Part shown: in pieces, positions 48,298-57,271 of the stretch
Position numbering within the stretch: the stretch's first letter is position 1
How the letters are laid out: the number at the start of each line of letters is the position of its first letter
Source: an uncultured virus (IMG/VR IMGVR_UViG_3300028654_000194)
Lineage: Duplodnaviria > Heunggongvirae > Uroviricota > Caudoviricetes
Length of the DNA stretch: 64,000 bases
Reading direction: 5' to 3' (one strand)
Virus record (IMG/VR): IMGVR_UViG_3300028654_000194
Translations under genes and position numbers: made by a program
Notes under the pieces: generated by a model
The model's database searches: none
Told to the model about the DNA's origin: nothing
What the model saw: the letters and a program-made list of their open reading frames with translations, nothing else

Positions 48298-48520
48298 CAT
48301 ATCGAAGCTTGGACAGCCGACCGGAACCAGCGGGTTTCGTTTCGGCATGACGCAGGATGGTGCCGTCGCCATGCTTGAAGAATTTTTGGCACAGGTGAAG
48401 GGCGGCAAGATCGCACTTCAGGGTGTCGAACAATCGACAACGGCGACGCCCGATGATTTCATGTTGCGCAGCCTGACATTAAAATATGCGGAAAAAGATG
48501 ACACGCAAACGACTGCCTAA
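48290..48520 (+). CDS. Hypothetical protein
   Basis: GGAGG RBS and TTG start. Confidence 0.55.
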   Translation: MFDISKLGQPTGTSGFRFGMTQDGAVAMLEEFLAQVKGGKIALQGVEQSTTATPDDFMLRSLTLKYAEKDDTQTTA

Positions 48521-48815
48521 CCGCCGCGACAACGACACGGTCGTGTTCGAACATGACGGCATCCGCTACCACGCGACCGCCAGCTTCATCGACGGTCAAC
48601 TGGCGGAAGTGTTCTTGGATGGCCCGAAGGCCGGATCGCTGGCCAGCATGGTCGCGCGCGAAAGCGCCGTGCTGCTATCGCTGGCGCTTCAGCACGGCAC
48701 GCCGGTCAGCGTGCTGCGCGAAGCGTTGCCGAAGCTGCCGAATGGTGCGCCTGCCGGGCCGATGGGGGCAGCACTATTTGCCATAGACCACATCATTGCC
48801 AATGTCCGCGCCTAG
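48498..48815 (+). CDS. Stand-alone class II ribonucleotide reductase C-terminal-like (TSCPD-type) domain
   Basis: RLPNRR, AEVFLD..KAGS and SLALQHG motifs. Confidence 0.65.
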   Translation: MTRKRLPNRRDNDTVVFEHDGIRYHATASFIDGQLAEVFLDGPKAGSLASMVARESAVLLSLALQHGTPVSVLREALPKLPNGAPAGPMGAALFAIDHIIANVRA

Positions 48816-51662
48816 CGGCAGACCGGCTGCCCAGTCAGGGCCGGTGGTCATTACGGACTGAAGCACCTGACGCGCGTCTGCGACTTCATCATCCGGCACT
48901 TCCATGATCGCTTCGTCATGCGTGTGCCCGATCAGGCAGTCGTTCCAGTCCAGATCGCACAGGCGGCGCAGCGTCCAGCGCAGCAGCGATGCTGCTTCGC
49001 CCTGCGTGCAGTTCGATACGATGAACGGCATACCATCCTGTCCGCGCACAACGAACCTGTGACGCGGGCCTGCGTTCAGAAGATCGTAGACCGGCGATAA
49101 CCGTTGCCCAGATCGACCGGAAGGAATAGATCGGCCACTGGCCACTGACGCGCCAGACGATACGCCAGCGTGGTCGCGCCAATCCCTGTTAGTTCTGACG
49201 CCTCGCACAGAAGCATCCTGCCTTTGGGCGTATCGATCACGCGGCTGTTGCGACGGTTGCGCGATTGCTGTGACCACGTGCGCCATGCGCAGTTCTTCGG
49301 GGTATATCCTTTGTTGTTGTTCAATCGATCCAAGGTAAGGCCGGGCGCGTAAGTCGGCCCCATGTCGTCCCAGAAATTTTGGAACTTGCGCCAGCGCTTG
49401 CACACTACGATGCCGCGCCTGCCATAATTGCCCCACGCCTGATGCGATGGCAGACGGCACCGATCCAGCATAGACCGCCATACGGCAAAAACCGGGTGCG
49501 CTGACATTCCATGTGTCGTCAAACGCTGCGCCGCCCTTTCGCGGCGTAGACACCCGCAACTGTGGACGCGTCCTTTCGTAATCTCCACGCCTATACGTTT
49601 GATCGTCTTGCCGCAGTCGCATCGCGCCCACCACAGCATTTTTTGACCGTTGCTGCCTGCGCTGCGCAAGATCGTCAGCCGTCCAAACTTCTGCCCGCGC
49701 AAATCCCTGCGTCGCCAGTCCATGGTGTGTGTCCTTTGCAGCTTTCCAAACCCCGGACACTAGCACCTTGTGGTCTTCCGTCAATAATACCCCGCCGAAG
49801 GACATGACAGGCTGCACACCTTGATACGTCAGACCATCGTGGCGAACAAATTCAACGCCATCGTGGACACGATCCGCGATACTGACATCCACAATATGCT
49901 TCCAGCCACTGTCTGTCAGAACTTCCGTGTTCGGGCCAAGACAGTTCTCCGCTTGGATGCCGCCGTACAGCTTCATGCGCGGCCAGTAGTTCGATCCATG
50001 CTTCGGGTGCCACGCACCCTTGATCGCGGTGATCGCCTGCTGCGGCCCGAAGCGGCTGCTGACCGTTTCGATCTTGGCGAACGGGTACGCCAGCATGCGA
50101 CCGCTGGGCAGCATGCACCACAAGACGCTGCTGGCGAACATGTACCGGACGCGCCCGGCAGTGAAGACGCATTCGGGGTTGCGCACGGCGCTGAACGCAG
50201 CGTCTTCCAGCGCGCGCCAGAAGCGCGGTGCCCATGGGTTGGCGTTGCGCCAGCGGCGCTTGTACTCATCCGCCGTGCTGTCGCTGACGTGCAGGTCGTA
50301 GTTGTGCGCCATGACTTGGAACGCGCCGACGCCGCCACCGAAGCCGAACGCCAGCACGGCCACCTTGCCGCCCTGCCGCAAGTTCTTGTCCACGTCTTCG
50401 GGCGCGACGCCGAACATGCCTGCCGCCTGCTGCACATAGATGTCTTCGCCGCGCGCGAAGGTGTCCAGCACGGCGCTGGCGCTGTTCTCCTTGGACAACC
50501 ATGGCAGCACGCGGGCTTCGATGGCCTTCCAGTCGCCCCACACGAACTGCTTGCCTTCCTCTGCCACGATGGAAGGACGCAGCGTGCGCGACAGCGTGGT
50601 CAGCACGTTGTAGCCGGACAGCTTGATCAGTTCGGACTTGGGCGTGCGCCGCAGGATCGCTTCGACCACGTCTTCGATGTTGTCCAGCTTGGCGCGGACG
50701 AAGTTGTGAAGCTGGGCACCAGTGGATGAGAAGCGTCCGGTCTGCCCGGCACCGCTGAAGACGTAGGCACCGCGCACACGGCCATCCGGCCCGGCGCGCA
50801 TCTCCATGGCGCGGAACTTGGCGGTGCTGGCGCGGCCACCGTCATCGATCAGGCCGACCACTTCGCGCTGGATGACGTTCAGATCGTCGCGTTCCAGAAG
50901 TTCGGCGCGCGCGTCGGCGTCGAACTTGATCTTGCCGTGCGCGTTCTCCTGCAACACCGGGCCGAACCAGTCCTTGATGCGCTGGAACTGCTTGGGGCTG
51001 GTGATGCTGCCGCACGTCAGTTCGTCCAGCCGGACGCAGATGTCGGTCAGTTCATCACGTGCGTAGTGCTGCGCGGCACGGATCAGGTCTAAGTCAACCG
51101 GCAGACCCTTGTCGTTGATCATCTCCGTGATGACCCAGTCGCGCTGTTCGTCCGGCGACAGTTCGCGAACCGTGCGTCCTAGTCCCATCTCCGTGTGAAC
51201 ATCGACGTCACAGTAAGCGCACAGTGCATGAAACTCCTGCGGATCGTCTGCCCAGCCGCCGTTCTTCAGCGGCTTGCACCACTTCAACATCACGCTGTTG
51301 TCCGACTTCTGCACCGGCATGCGCAACGCCTTGGCGCACATCTCCAACTTGCCGGGCAGCGCCATCGACCGGGCGCGCGCCATGGTGCAGCGGAAGCGTT
51401 CGGCTGGGATGTCCATCTTCAACACGAACTTCAGGATCAGCCGTTCGAAGGCTGCGTTCCACGCGTGGATCGTTTCGCTGGCCAAGGCTGCCTTCAGATC
51501 GTCCGGCATGGCTTCGCCTTCCCACGCGCGCCACTGCTTCACCGTCAGGCCATCAAGGCTGTACGATGCGCACAGCACGCTGGTAGACGGATGCTGCGCA
51601 TAGATGTAGCTGCCGACCAGCTTCAGATCGACGGTGCTTCGGGTTTCGAAATCAAGGTTCAA
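48774..51662 (-). CDS. Family A DNA polymerase with intein
   Basis: Exonuclease LDFET, AWNAAFER, YCDVD; polymerase TGRFS, DWKAIEARV, RQGGKV..LAFGFG, HTHDE motifs. Confidence 0.92.
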   Translation of the reverse strand: MNLDFETRSTVDLKLVGSYIYAQHPSTSVLCASYSLDGLTVKQWRAWEGEAMPDDLKAALASETIHAWNAAFERLILKFVLKMDIPAERFRCTMARARSMALPGKLEMCAKALRMPVQKSDNSVMLKWCKPLKNGGWADDPQEFHALCAYCDVDVHTEMGLGRTVRELSPDEQRDWVITEMINDKGLPVDLDLIRAAQHYARDELTDICVRLDELTCGSITSPKQFQRIKDWFGPVLQENAHGKIKFDADARAELLERDDLNVIQREVVGLIDDGGRASTAKFRAMEMRAGPDGRVRGAYVFSGAGQTGRFSSTGAQLHNFVRAKLDNIEDVVEAILRRTPKSELIKLSGYNVLTTLSRTLRPSIVAEEGKQFVWGDWKAIEARVLPWLSKENSASAVLDTFARGEDIYVQQAAGMFGVAPEDVDKNLRQGGKVAVLAFGFGGGVGAFQVMAHNYDLHVSDSTADEYKRRWRNANPWAPRFWRALEDAAFSAVRNPECVFTAGRVRYMFASSVLWCMLPSGRMLAYPFAKIETVSSRFGPQQAITAIKGAWHPKHGSNYWPRMKLYGGIQAENCLGPNTEVLTDSGWKHIVDVSIADRVHDGVEFVRHDGLTYQGVQPVMSFGGVLLTEDHKVLVSGVWKAAKDTHHGLATQGFARAEVWTADDLAQRRQQRSKNAVVGAMRLRQDDQTYRRGDYERTRPQLRVSTPRKGGAAFDDTWNVSAPGFCRMAVYAGSVPSAIASGVGQLWQARHRSVQALAQVPKFLGRHGADLRARPYLGSIEQQQRIYPEELRMAHVVTAIAQPSQQPRDRYAQRQDASVRGVRTNRDWRDHAGVSSGASVASGRSIPSGRSGQRLSPVYDLLNAGPRHRFVVRGQDGMPFIVSNCTQGEAASLLRWTLRRLCDLDWNDCLIGHTHDEAIMEVPDDEVADARQVLQSVMTTGPDWAAGLPLGADIGNDVVYGK
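49011..49943 (-). mobile_element. Intein (311 aa) in the DNA polymerase
   Basis: Begins CLGPNTEV after YGGIQAEN; block B LTEDH; block F VYDL; ends IVSN followed by Cys (CTQG). Confidence 0.9.
49076..49723 (-). CDS. HNH-type homing endonuclease encoded out of frame inside the intein
   Basis: GQKFGRLT, CDCG, SCGC, WRSMLDRC, YGRRGI.VC.RW, LDRLNNNKGY.P.NC.W motifs; own AAAGGA RBS 8 nt upstream of ATG. Confidence 0.9.
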   Translation of the reverse strand: MDWRRRDLRGQKFGRLTILRSAGSNGQKMLWWARCDCGKTIKRIGVEITKGRVHSCGCLRRERAAQRLTTHGMSAHPVFAVWRSMLDRCRLPSHQAWGNYGRRGIVVCKRWRKFQNFWDDMGPTYAPGLTLDRLNNNKGYTPKNCAWRTWSQQSRNRRNSRVIDTPKGRMLLCEASELTGIGATTLAYRLARQWPVADLFLPVDLGNGYRRSTIF

Positions 51663-51948
51663 TGGTAGTGACCTTCGGCGGCAGTTCTTCCGACTTTATG
51701 ATCAGCAGCACACCTTCCGGCGACATCCAATCAACGCAGCGAATGAAAGCAATGAACTCATCTTCCAGCAAGTAGTTCACCGTGGTCGCGAAGCAGCGCA
51801 TCGATGGGCACTTGTAGCCGCCGAAGCCATCTGTCACATCGTTGAACATCGTCCCCGGATACTTGGAATGCAGCCAGTCGTTGACCGGGGCGATGGTGTC
51901 TTCATCGATGATTTCCGTGATCAGGACGATGCCATACGCGCGGGTCAT
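51652..51948 (-). CDS. Hypothetical protein
   Basis: ORF overlapping the polymerase start; start uncertain. Confidence 0.55.
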   Translation of the reverse strand: MTRAYGIVLITEIIDEDTIAPVNDWLHSKYPGTMFNDVTDGFGGYKCPSMRCFATTVNYLLEDEFIAFIRCVDWMSPEGVLLIIKSEELPPKVTTIEP

Positions 51949-52037
51949 GGATGCGTCTGGCCGTGCGGCAATGGGTGGGCGACCTTCGCCCACCCAGTAC
52001 CGTTGCAGTCAGGACAGCGACGTGTCCCGATTACCAT

Positions 52038-52820
52038 TTACGCCTTCGTCGCAGCGCGACGGCGACGCGGCGCTTCAGCAGCGGCAGCAGCAGCCGGGGC
52101 TTCAGCAACAGCGGCGGCGGGCTTCTCACTGGCGTCACCATTCGTGGCACCGGCAGCCGGGGCGCGGCGCTGGCGCGTCACGGGCTTGGCCGGTTCGGCT
52201 GCGGCCTGCGCAGCAGGTGCAGGCTCATCGACCACAGGCGCAGCATCGGACAGTTCGATCCACTTCGTGATGGTGAAGATCGGATTGTAGATCGTCCCAT
52301 ACTGTTTGTGTTCGTAGCTGTCGGAAGTCATCGTCACGACCGGCACGATCTTCGCCGGGTCCGTCCCGATCTGCGCCTGCAACGATTGCAGCAGTTCCTT
52401 GTACGCCTTCATCGCGCCGTAGCTGGTCTGTTCGTATTCAACAGACACGCCAGTGTCTTCACCGTTCAGGCACAGCAGCGTGAACGCGATGCAGTCCACC
52501 CACGGAAAGCCGGTCTGACTGAGTTCGGCCTGCGTGACTGGGGGCTTCATTATGCTGCGCATAAGCTTGCCAGCAACTTCGCCCTTACCCCATGAGATGA
52601 AACCCTTGCGAAGCGATCCGGGGTTGATGGCCCAGAGCGATCCGTCCTGCACATCGACTTCGTCAGCGCCGTAGCGCCACACGCCGTCACGCTTGTCCAG
52701 CTTCAGGAAGGGAACACCATTCGCAGTCTGGATGCTGCTTTGTGCAGTCTCCAAGGCTTGCGAGAACTGCGCAAGATCGACAGGCAATCCTGCGGCTTTG
52801 AATGCGGCTAGTTCGTTCAT
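52038..52820 (-). CDS. Putative ssDNA-binding / replication accessory protein
   Basis: FLKL, GFISW, Y.HKQYG.IY.P.F.I..W motifs; located between nuclease and polymerase. Confidence 0.6.
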   Translation of the reverse strand: MNELAAFKAAGLPVDLAQFSQALETAQSSIQTANGVPFLKLDKRDGVWRYGADEVDVQDGSLWAINPGSLRKGFISWGKGEVAGKLMRSIMKPPVTQAELSQTGFPWVDCIAFTLLCLNGEDTGVSVEYEQTSYGAMKAYKELLQSLQAQIGTDPAKIVPVVTMTSDSYEHKQYGTIYNPIFTITKWIELSDAAPVVDEPAPAAQAAAEPAKPVTRQRRAPAAGATNGDASEKPAAAVAEAPAAAAAAEAPRRRRAATKA

Positions 52821-52823
52821 TGT

Positions 52824-53918
52824 CTAGGCTCCTAGTTGTTTGAGTGCTTGTCCTATGGCGGCTGCCGGTAGGACTTCGGGTCGTTTGTCGTCTTGTGTTG
52901 CGATGGTCGTGCCTGAAGACACAGGCGAAGCAAGACCGTCTATTTTCAGTTTCTTTTTTTCTGCTTGTGCTGGTGTGATGAGTTGTTTCTTGATGTACGT
53001 GTCTTCGCTGATACCTTGATCGGCAAACGTTTTGGCTGTCAAGGCTTCGTCATTCCACTGGCGCACGGCCCGCTTGTTCACCAGCTTCCACCCCGGAACA
53101 GCAACGCCGTGTTCCAGTTCGTGGTGGATGCGGTCTTCCGCTTCTTCACGCCAGTCATCCCATGATCTTATCTTCGCAAGGCGGTCGCCCAGTTCGGCCA
53201 GATCAAGGATGTGGTTCGGCGCGGTGAGAGTTGCCAGCCGCTGTGTCTTCAGCGGGCAGACAAGCTTCGCATCGCACCACTTGCACCATTTGCCTTCCGC
53301 GAAGGTCGGCATCGGTGATCGCGCTGCTTTCAATGCCGCGTACAGGGACATCTCGAAAGCAGTCAAGTCTTCCGCCGTGACCGTGTGACTGTCGATGGCG
53401 GGGTCCATCGTCGGCTGGATGATCACCAGTTCGATAGTCTTGGGTTTCAGTCCCAGCGTCTTGCGCGCAGCGGCAGCGTAGAACATCGCCTGTGCGTTCG
53501 CTTCCGCCTCCACCACGATCTGGCCGAACTTGAAGTCGGCCACGACCAGATGGTCGTTGTGATGGAACAGGATGTCGGACGTGCCCCACGCTTCGGGTTC
53601 CAGTTCGACCCGCTGTTCCGCCCAGATGCCGCCGGGGTGCTTCGCCGCCAGCATGTCGAACGCTTCCAGTGCGACCTTGATCGCGCCGATTTCGTCTTCC
53701 CCCAGCCGGATGCCTTCGACAGTCGCGCCAAGGAACGCATCAGGATGCTTGTCGGCATCGTTGATCAGCAGTTCCATCACGGTATGCTGCGCGGTGCCGA
53801 CTTGCGCAGCCATACCAGCCGGGCGCTTCGGCACCTGTTCCAGCAGGCTGGTGCTGCCTGCACAATTCATCCAGCGCGCGGCACTGCTGCCGCCGAATTT
53901 CGCATGGTTCATTTTCAT
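52824..53918 (-). CDS. Cas4-like PD-(D/E)XK exonuclease (DUF2800-like)
   Basis: SSAARWMNC, GT..H, GTSD, DFKFG, Q...YA and WCKWC.....C motifs. Confidence 0.85.
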   Translation of the reverse strand: MKMNHAKFGGSSAARWMNCAGSTSLLEQVPKRPAGMAAQVGTAQHTVMELLINDADKHPDAFLGATVEGIRLGEDEIGAIKVALEAFDMLAAKHPGGIWAEQRVELEPEAWGTSDILFHHNDHLVVADFKFGQIVVEAEANAQAMFYAAAARKTLGLKPKTIELVIIQPTMDPAIDSHTVTAEDLTAFEMSLYAALKAARSPMPTFAEGKWCKWCDAKLVCPLKTQRLATLTAPNHILDLAELGDRLAKIRSWDDWREEAEDRIHHELEHGVAVPGWKLVNKRAVRQWNDEALTAKTFADQGISEDTYIKKQLITPAQAEKKKLKIDGLASPVSSGTTIATQDDKRPEVLPAAAIGQALKQLGA

Positions 53919-53996
53919 CCTCCTCGTTGTTGTTCAGCGATGGCACTTTGCTTTCCGCGTGCACGGTGAACGTGCCATCCAGATTGTAGTGGTCAT

Positions 53997-54212
53997 CTAA
54001 TCCCACTCCGGTGCAGCAATCTGTGAGATGATGCGAAGTTCACAACGCTTGCAGACGAATGCGCCGATGCAGCATGCCCATGGCCGTCCGCACAACTGGT
54101 GTTCTTTCACTTCGGTATCGGTGGCTTCGACCTTGCGCGCGTAGCCTCCGCAGGCGGGACACTCACACGCATTCGCATTGCGCGGCAACGTTTCAGTCAG
54201 GATGACGGGCAT
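53997..54212 (-). CDS. Small Cys-rich zinc-binding protein
   Basis: CPAC, CG...CC and CKRC motifs. Confidence 0.6.
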   Translation of the reverse strand: MPVILTETLPRNANACECPACGGYARKVEATDTEVKEHQLCGRPWACCIGAFVCKRCELRIISQIAAPEWD

Positions 54213-54286
54213 GTGTCTGGTCCTAGTTCGAACGACCCCTTTACCACGATATTGTAATGCACCGCAATACCTGATAAAGAGGCCGG

Positions 54287-54466
54287 ATGCGTAAAGTCAC
54301 CAGTTTCCAGTTGCCTTCTCCCCTGCTGCACCAGCTTCACGCTGCTGCGGCCAACAATCCATACGGCATGACGGCGTCGCAGATCATCCGGCGCGGCATC
54401 GAACTGGCGCTGGCAGAGATTGCGAAGGACATGCGCAAACAGAAACTGAGGAAGGCACGGTCATGA
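54287..54466 (+). CDS. Ribbon-helix-helix-like regulator
   Basis: MRKVTSFQLP..L..L...A ... SQIIRRGIELAL; GAGG RBS; at a divergent promoter; not in the ORF track. Confidence 0.6.
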   Translation: MRKVTSFQLPSPLLHQLHAAAANNPYGMTASQIIRRGIELALAEIAKDMRKQKLRKARS

Positions 54467-54663
54467 CAGGTAAGCTTCACGCAGGACAGCGTCAGCGGCA
54501 TGAACATCTTACGCAACAGGAAATCGTTGCGCTGAAGTCTGAAATTCGTTCTGACTACTTCGGCGCGATACGCAAGACCCTCGTGATGGATCGTCTGTGC
54601 GCGAAGTACCGCATCAGCAGCCGCGTGTTTCAGAAGTACGTCAGCTATGTGAGGCAAGGATGA
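54463..54663 (+). CDS. Small HTH-like hypothetical protein
   Basis: LTQQEI...LCAKYRIS pattern; ATGA coupling. Confidence 0.5.
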   Translation: MTGKLHAGQRQRHEHLTQQEIVALKSEIRSDYFGAIRKTLVMDRLCAKYRISSRVFQKYVSYVRQG

Positions 54664-55187
54664 CGCCGATAGAACAAGTGGCCCGCGCGATCTGCGCAGC
54701 ATTCAGCGACAAGAACGATTATGATCCTGATGAACTGGTCTATCGCGACAGTCTGAACAAAGACTACACGCTTGTGCCGCGCTGGCGCTTCTGGATGAAG
54801 GAAGCAGAAGCTGCTTTGTCTGCGATGCCGTCGCTGACACCGTTGAACGCGCTGGCAGCGCAGTGCCATGCAGCGAACGCCACATGGTGGCGCGATCCTG
54901 CGACCGGCGAACGTCTTCAGCGCAACAAGGGCGAACTGCTAATGCTGATCGTCAGCGAAGTGGTCGAAGCCATGGAGGGCGAACGCAAGAACCTGATGGA
55001 CGATCACCTGCCGCATCGCAAGATGGCGGAAGTGGAACTGGCTGACGTTCTCATTCGCCTGTTCGATTACGCTGGCGCGTTCGGATACGATCTGGATGGC
55101 GCACTGGCAGAGAAGCGCGCGTACAATGCGCAGCGTGCAGATCACAAGCCTGAAGCACGGCTGGCCGCTGACGGCAAGAAGTGGTGA
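54660..55187 (+). CDS. MazG-like nucleotide pyrophosphohydrolase
   Basis: SEVVEAMEG, EVELADVLIR and EKRAYNAQR motifs. Confidence 0.8.
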   Translation: MTPIEQVARAICAAFSDKNDYDPDELVYRDSLNKDYTLVPRWRFWMKEAEAALSAMPSLTPLNALAAQCHAANATWWRDPATGERLQRNKGELLMLIVSEVVEAMEGERKNLMDDHLPHRKMAEVELADVLIRLFDYAGAFGYDLDGALAEKRAYNAQRADHKPEARLAADGKKW

Positions 55188-55289
55188 AAGAGTATGCGGG
55201 ACGATCTTGAAACCCTTCTCAAGCAAGCGAAGGAGACGGTCGAAAAGATGACGCCAGAAGAACGGACACTGATGTCTCTCCGCCAGAAG

Positions 55290-56548
55290 CGCGCCCCGTC
55301 CCATTGCTCAATTCTGACTGAGGTCGCACCAAACGGCACAATGAAGATTTGGTCTTCGTAGCCGTCCCGCGTCAGCACGATCTTTTCCCCACCACTAACT
55401 TTGAGTGTCATATCGGTTTTCATCAGCCCGGCCTTAATCTGACGGTTCAAGTTCAGCAACGTGGTCGTCCGGCTCAAAGGCGTTTGCAGCCTCAAGAAGC
55501 CACATAGCGTCCTCACGAACGCGGGCCGCATCTCGGCTTGCCGCGAAGGGGAATACGTCCGCAACAGGTTCGCCCCTTCGGAAGATGCGAAGGAAACCTT
55601 GCGTCTTTTTCGTGTAGTCCTCGATGGTCCAGATCATCTGGGCGGCCTTTCCTGTCTCAAATTCTTTGCCCCGGTTTATTCCGCCGTCCGGGGCCACGCG
55701 GTATCAGACGAGTCGCGAGCCGGAAGCGTCGGCATTAGTCGCGCTCTCGACAGGAATTTCATGCCCTCTTATTCCAAGTAGATGCCGAAAGGCTTCCCGG
55801 ATATCGAAGCCCGCACACTTCATTCTCCACACAAACATGCTGCTGCGGAACTTCCACGTACGCTCATATTCTCGGTCGGTCATCGTTCGGTCCTTTCCCG
55901 TCTCTAAGCGCCAACGCCAAATTGGCCGTCAGCTTCGGTTAAGTCGCGGTGCAGAACGTTCTCATGGATTGCGACCTCACTATCGTTTTCGCAAAGGTAA
56001 ATTTGCCTGCCCGTTCTAGATAGGACAATCACATGAACGAAGAACTCACCCGGATCATTGGGCGGCGCTAGCGCGACTACCGTGGCGTCCTGATACGGTT
56101 TAAGCGCCTCGATTAGTTGTCTTACTCTCATTGTCGGGCCTTTTATAGGCGTTTCAGGATTTCGTTAATTTCGAGGACTTTGTTCGCTGCCGTCCGGTTC
56201 TTCCGCAGCGCGGTTTTGATGGCAGAAATGATGTTCTGGTATTCGCGCAGCTTGTCAGTCGCTGTTGCCATCATACTTTCGTACTGGTTCATCGACATCT
56301 TGATCTGTCCCTTACGCATGGCGGGCCTTTCGTGTCTATTCTGGAATTTCGGCGTAATGGGTCAAATCCCAAAGCCGAGTGTAGTTGTCAATGAACGCCG
56401 TGAAGCCTGCATCGTTGTCCTTCTCGTGGACCATACTGACGATCCAAACATGTGAGCGGTTGCCGTGAGCATCGCGCGCCTTGATGTTGTTCGTCACAAG
56501 CACCTTGCGCTTAATCTCGCCCTTGATTGGTTTCCACGCTCGCGTCAT
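55290..56548 (-). other. Leftward arm of a small-gene island: about 6 short ORFs, each preceded by AAGG(C/A)C
   Basis: ORFs near 56336-56548, 56144-56319, 55904-56131, 55704-55883, 55434-55637 and from 55423. Confidence 0.6.
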
Positions 56549-56685
56549 TGGGGGCCTTTCAAAAATCTGGTGCCAGAAGTCAGCTATCCCGCCTCGCGGC
56601 AACGCCTCAATCCTACCGGCACGCCGATATAGGCCGCATTTGCCAAATTGTCAAAACCTGATAGATACATTCCCAGAACAGGGTT

Positions 56686-57261
56686 TTGAAAATGGCAAAA
56701 CGAGGCTTTTACCGCAAATCGGCGCGACACCCGGAAGGGTCGCAAAAGGAAATGCTGATCGCGGCTGGTTACGCGACGCTCTACACGGAAGGCAAAGACG
56801 AGACCGTGATGCACTTCGCATCCAGCGCGCGCGCGAAGGAAGTCATCGGCGTGCCGACACTCGGCAGGCTGGCGTCATCGCGGGATGCGATCCGCGCCGC
56901 CGTCGAAAAGATTTTCGAAAAGGGCGCGATCATTCACGAGGTCGCGACAGGCAGGCGATCCGACAAAGCGCATGATATGGCGCTGATGATGGCCGACGCC
57001 GCTGATGAGATTGGCGCGGACAAGAAGGTCCACGGTCACGCCGCCTCTGTGCGGAACGGCAGCAAGGGCGGAAGGCCAGAGCTTCCTGATCGCATGGACG
57101 ACGACGACGCCAAGCCGATCTGGTACAACGTCAAGCGTTATCCGAAGCCGGAGGACGCGGTGCCACACATGCACGGCTTTAGCGTTTCGACGGCATACAA
57201 GCGACTTGGTGCGCGCGGTTCGCCAGCGGGTCGAAAGTCAAAACGTAAGAGACACCACTAA
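56686..57261 (+). CDS. Small serine recombinase (resolvase/invertase)-like protein
   Basis: FYRKS (Y-x-R-x-S-like catalytic motif), Q...L, LGRLA (DRL-like), GGRP and C-terminal HTH SVSTAYK. Confidence 0.65.
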   Translation: MKMAKRGFYRKSARHPEGSQKEMLIAAGYATLYTEGKDETVMHFASSARAKEVIGVPTLGRLASSRDAIRAAVEKIFEKGAIIHEVATGRRSDKAHDMALMMADAADEIGADKKVHGHAASVRNGSKGGRPELPDRMDDDDAKPIWYNVKRYPKPEDAVPHMHGFSVSTAYKRLGARGSPAGRKSKRKRHH

Positions 57262-57271
57262 GGAGCCGGAG

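Noticed and set aside
52824..53918. Cas4-like nuclease as part of the RAMP system
   Set aside because: It is 13 kb away in the standard nuclease-SSB-polymerase module common to many phages.
56686..57261. Recombinase as the phage integrase
   Set aside because: Too small for a large serine integrase, and there is no adjacent repressor or host DNA junction in the window.
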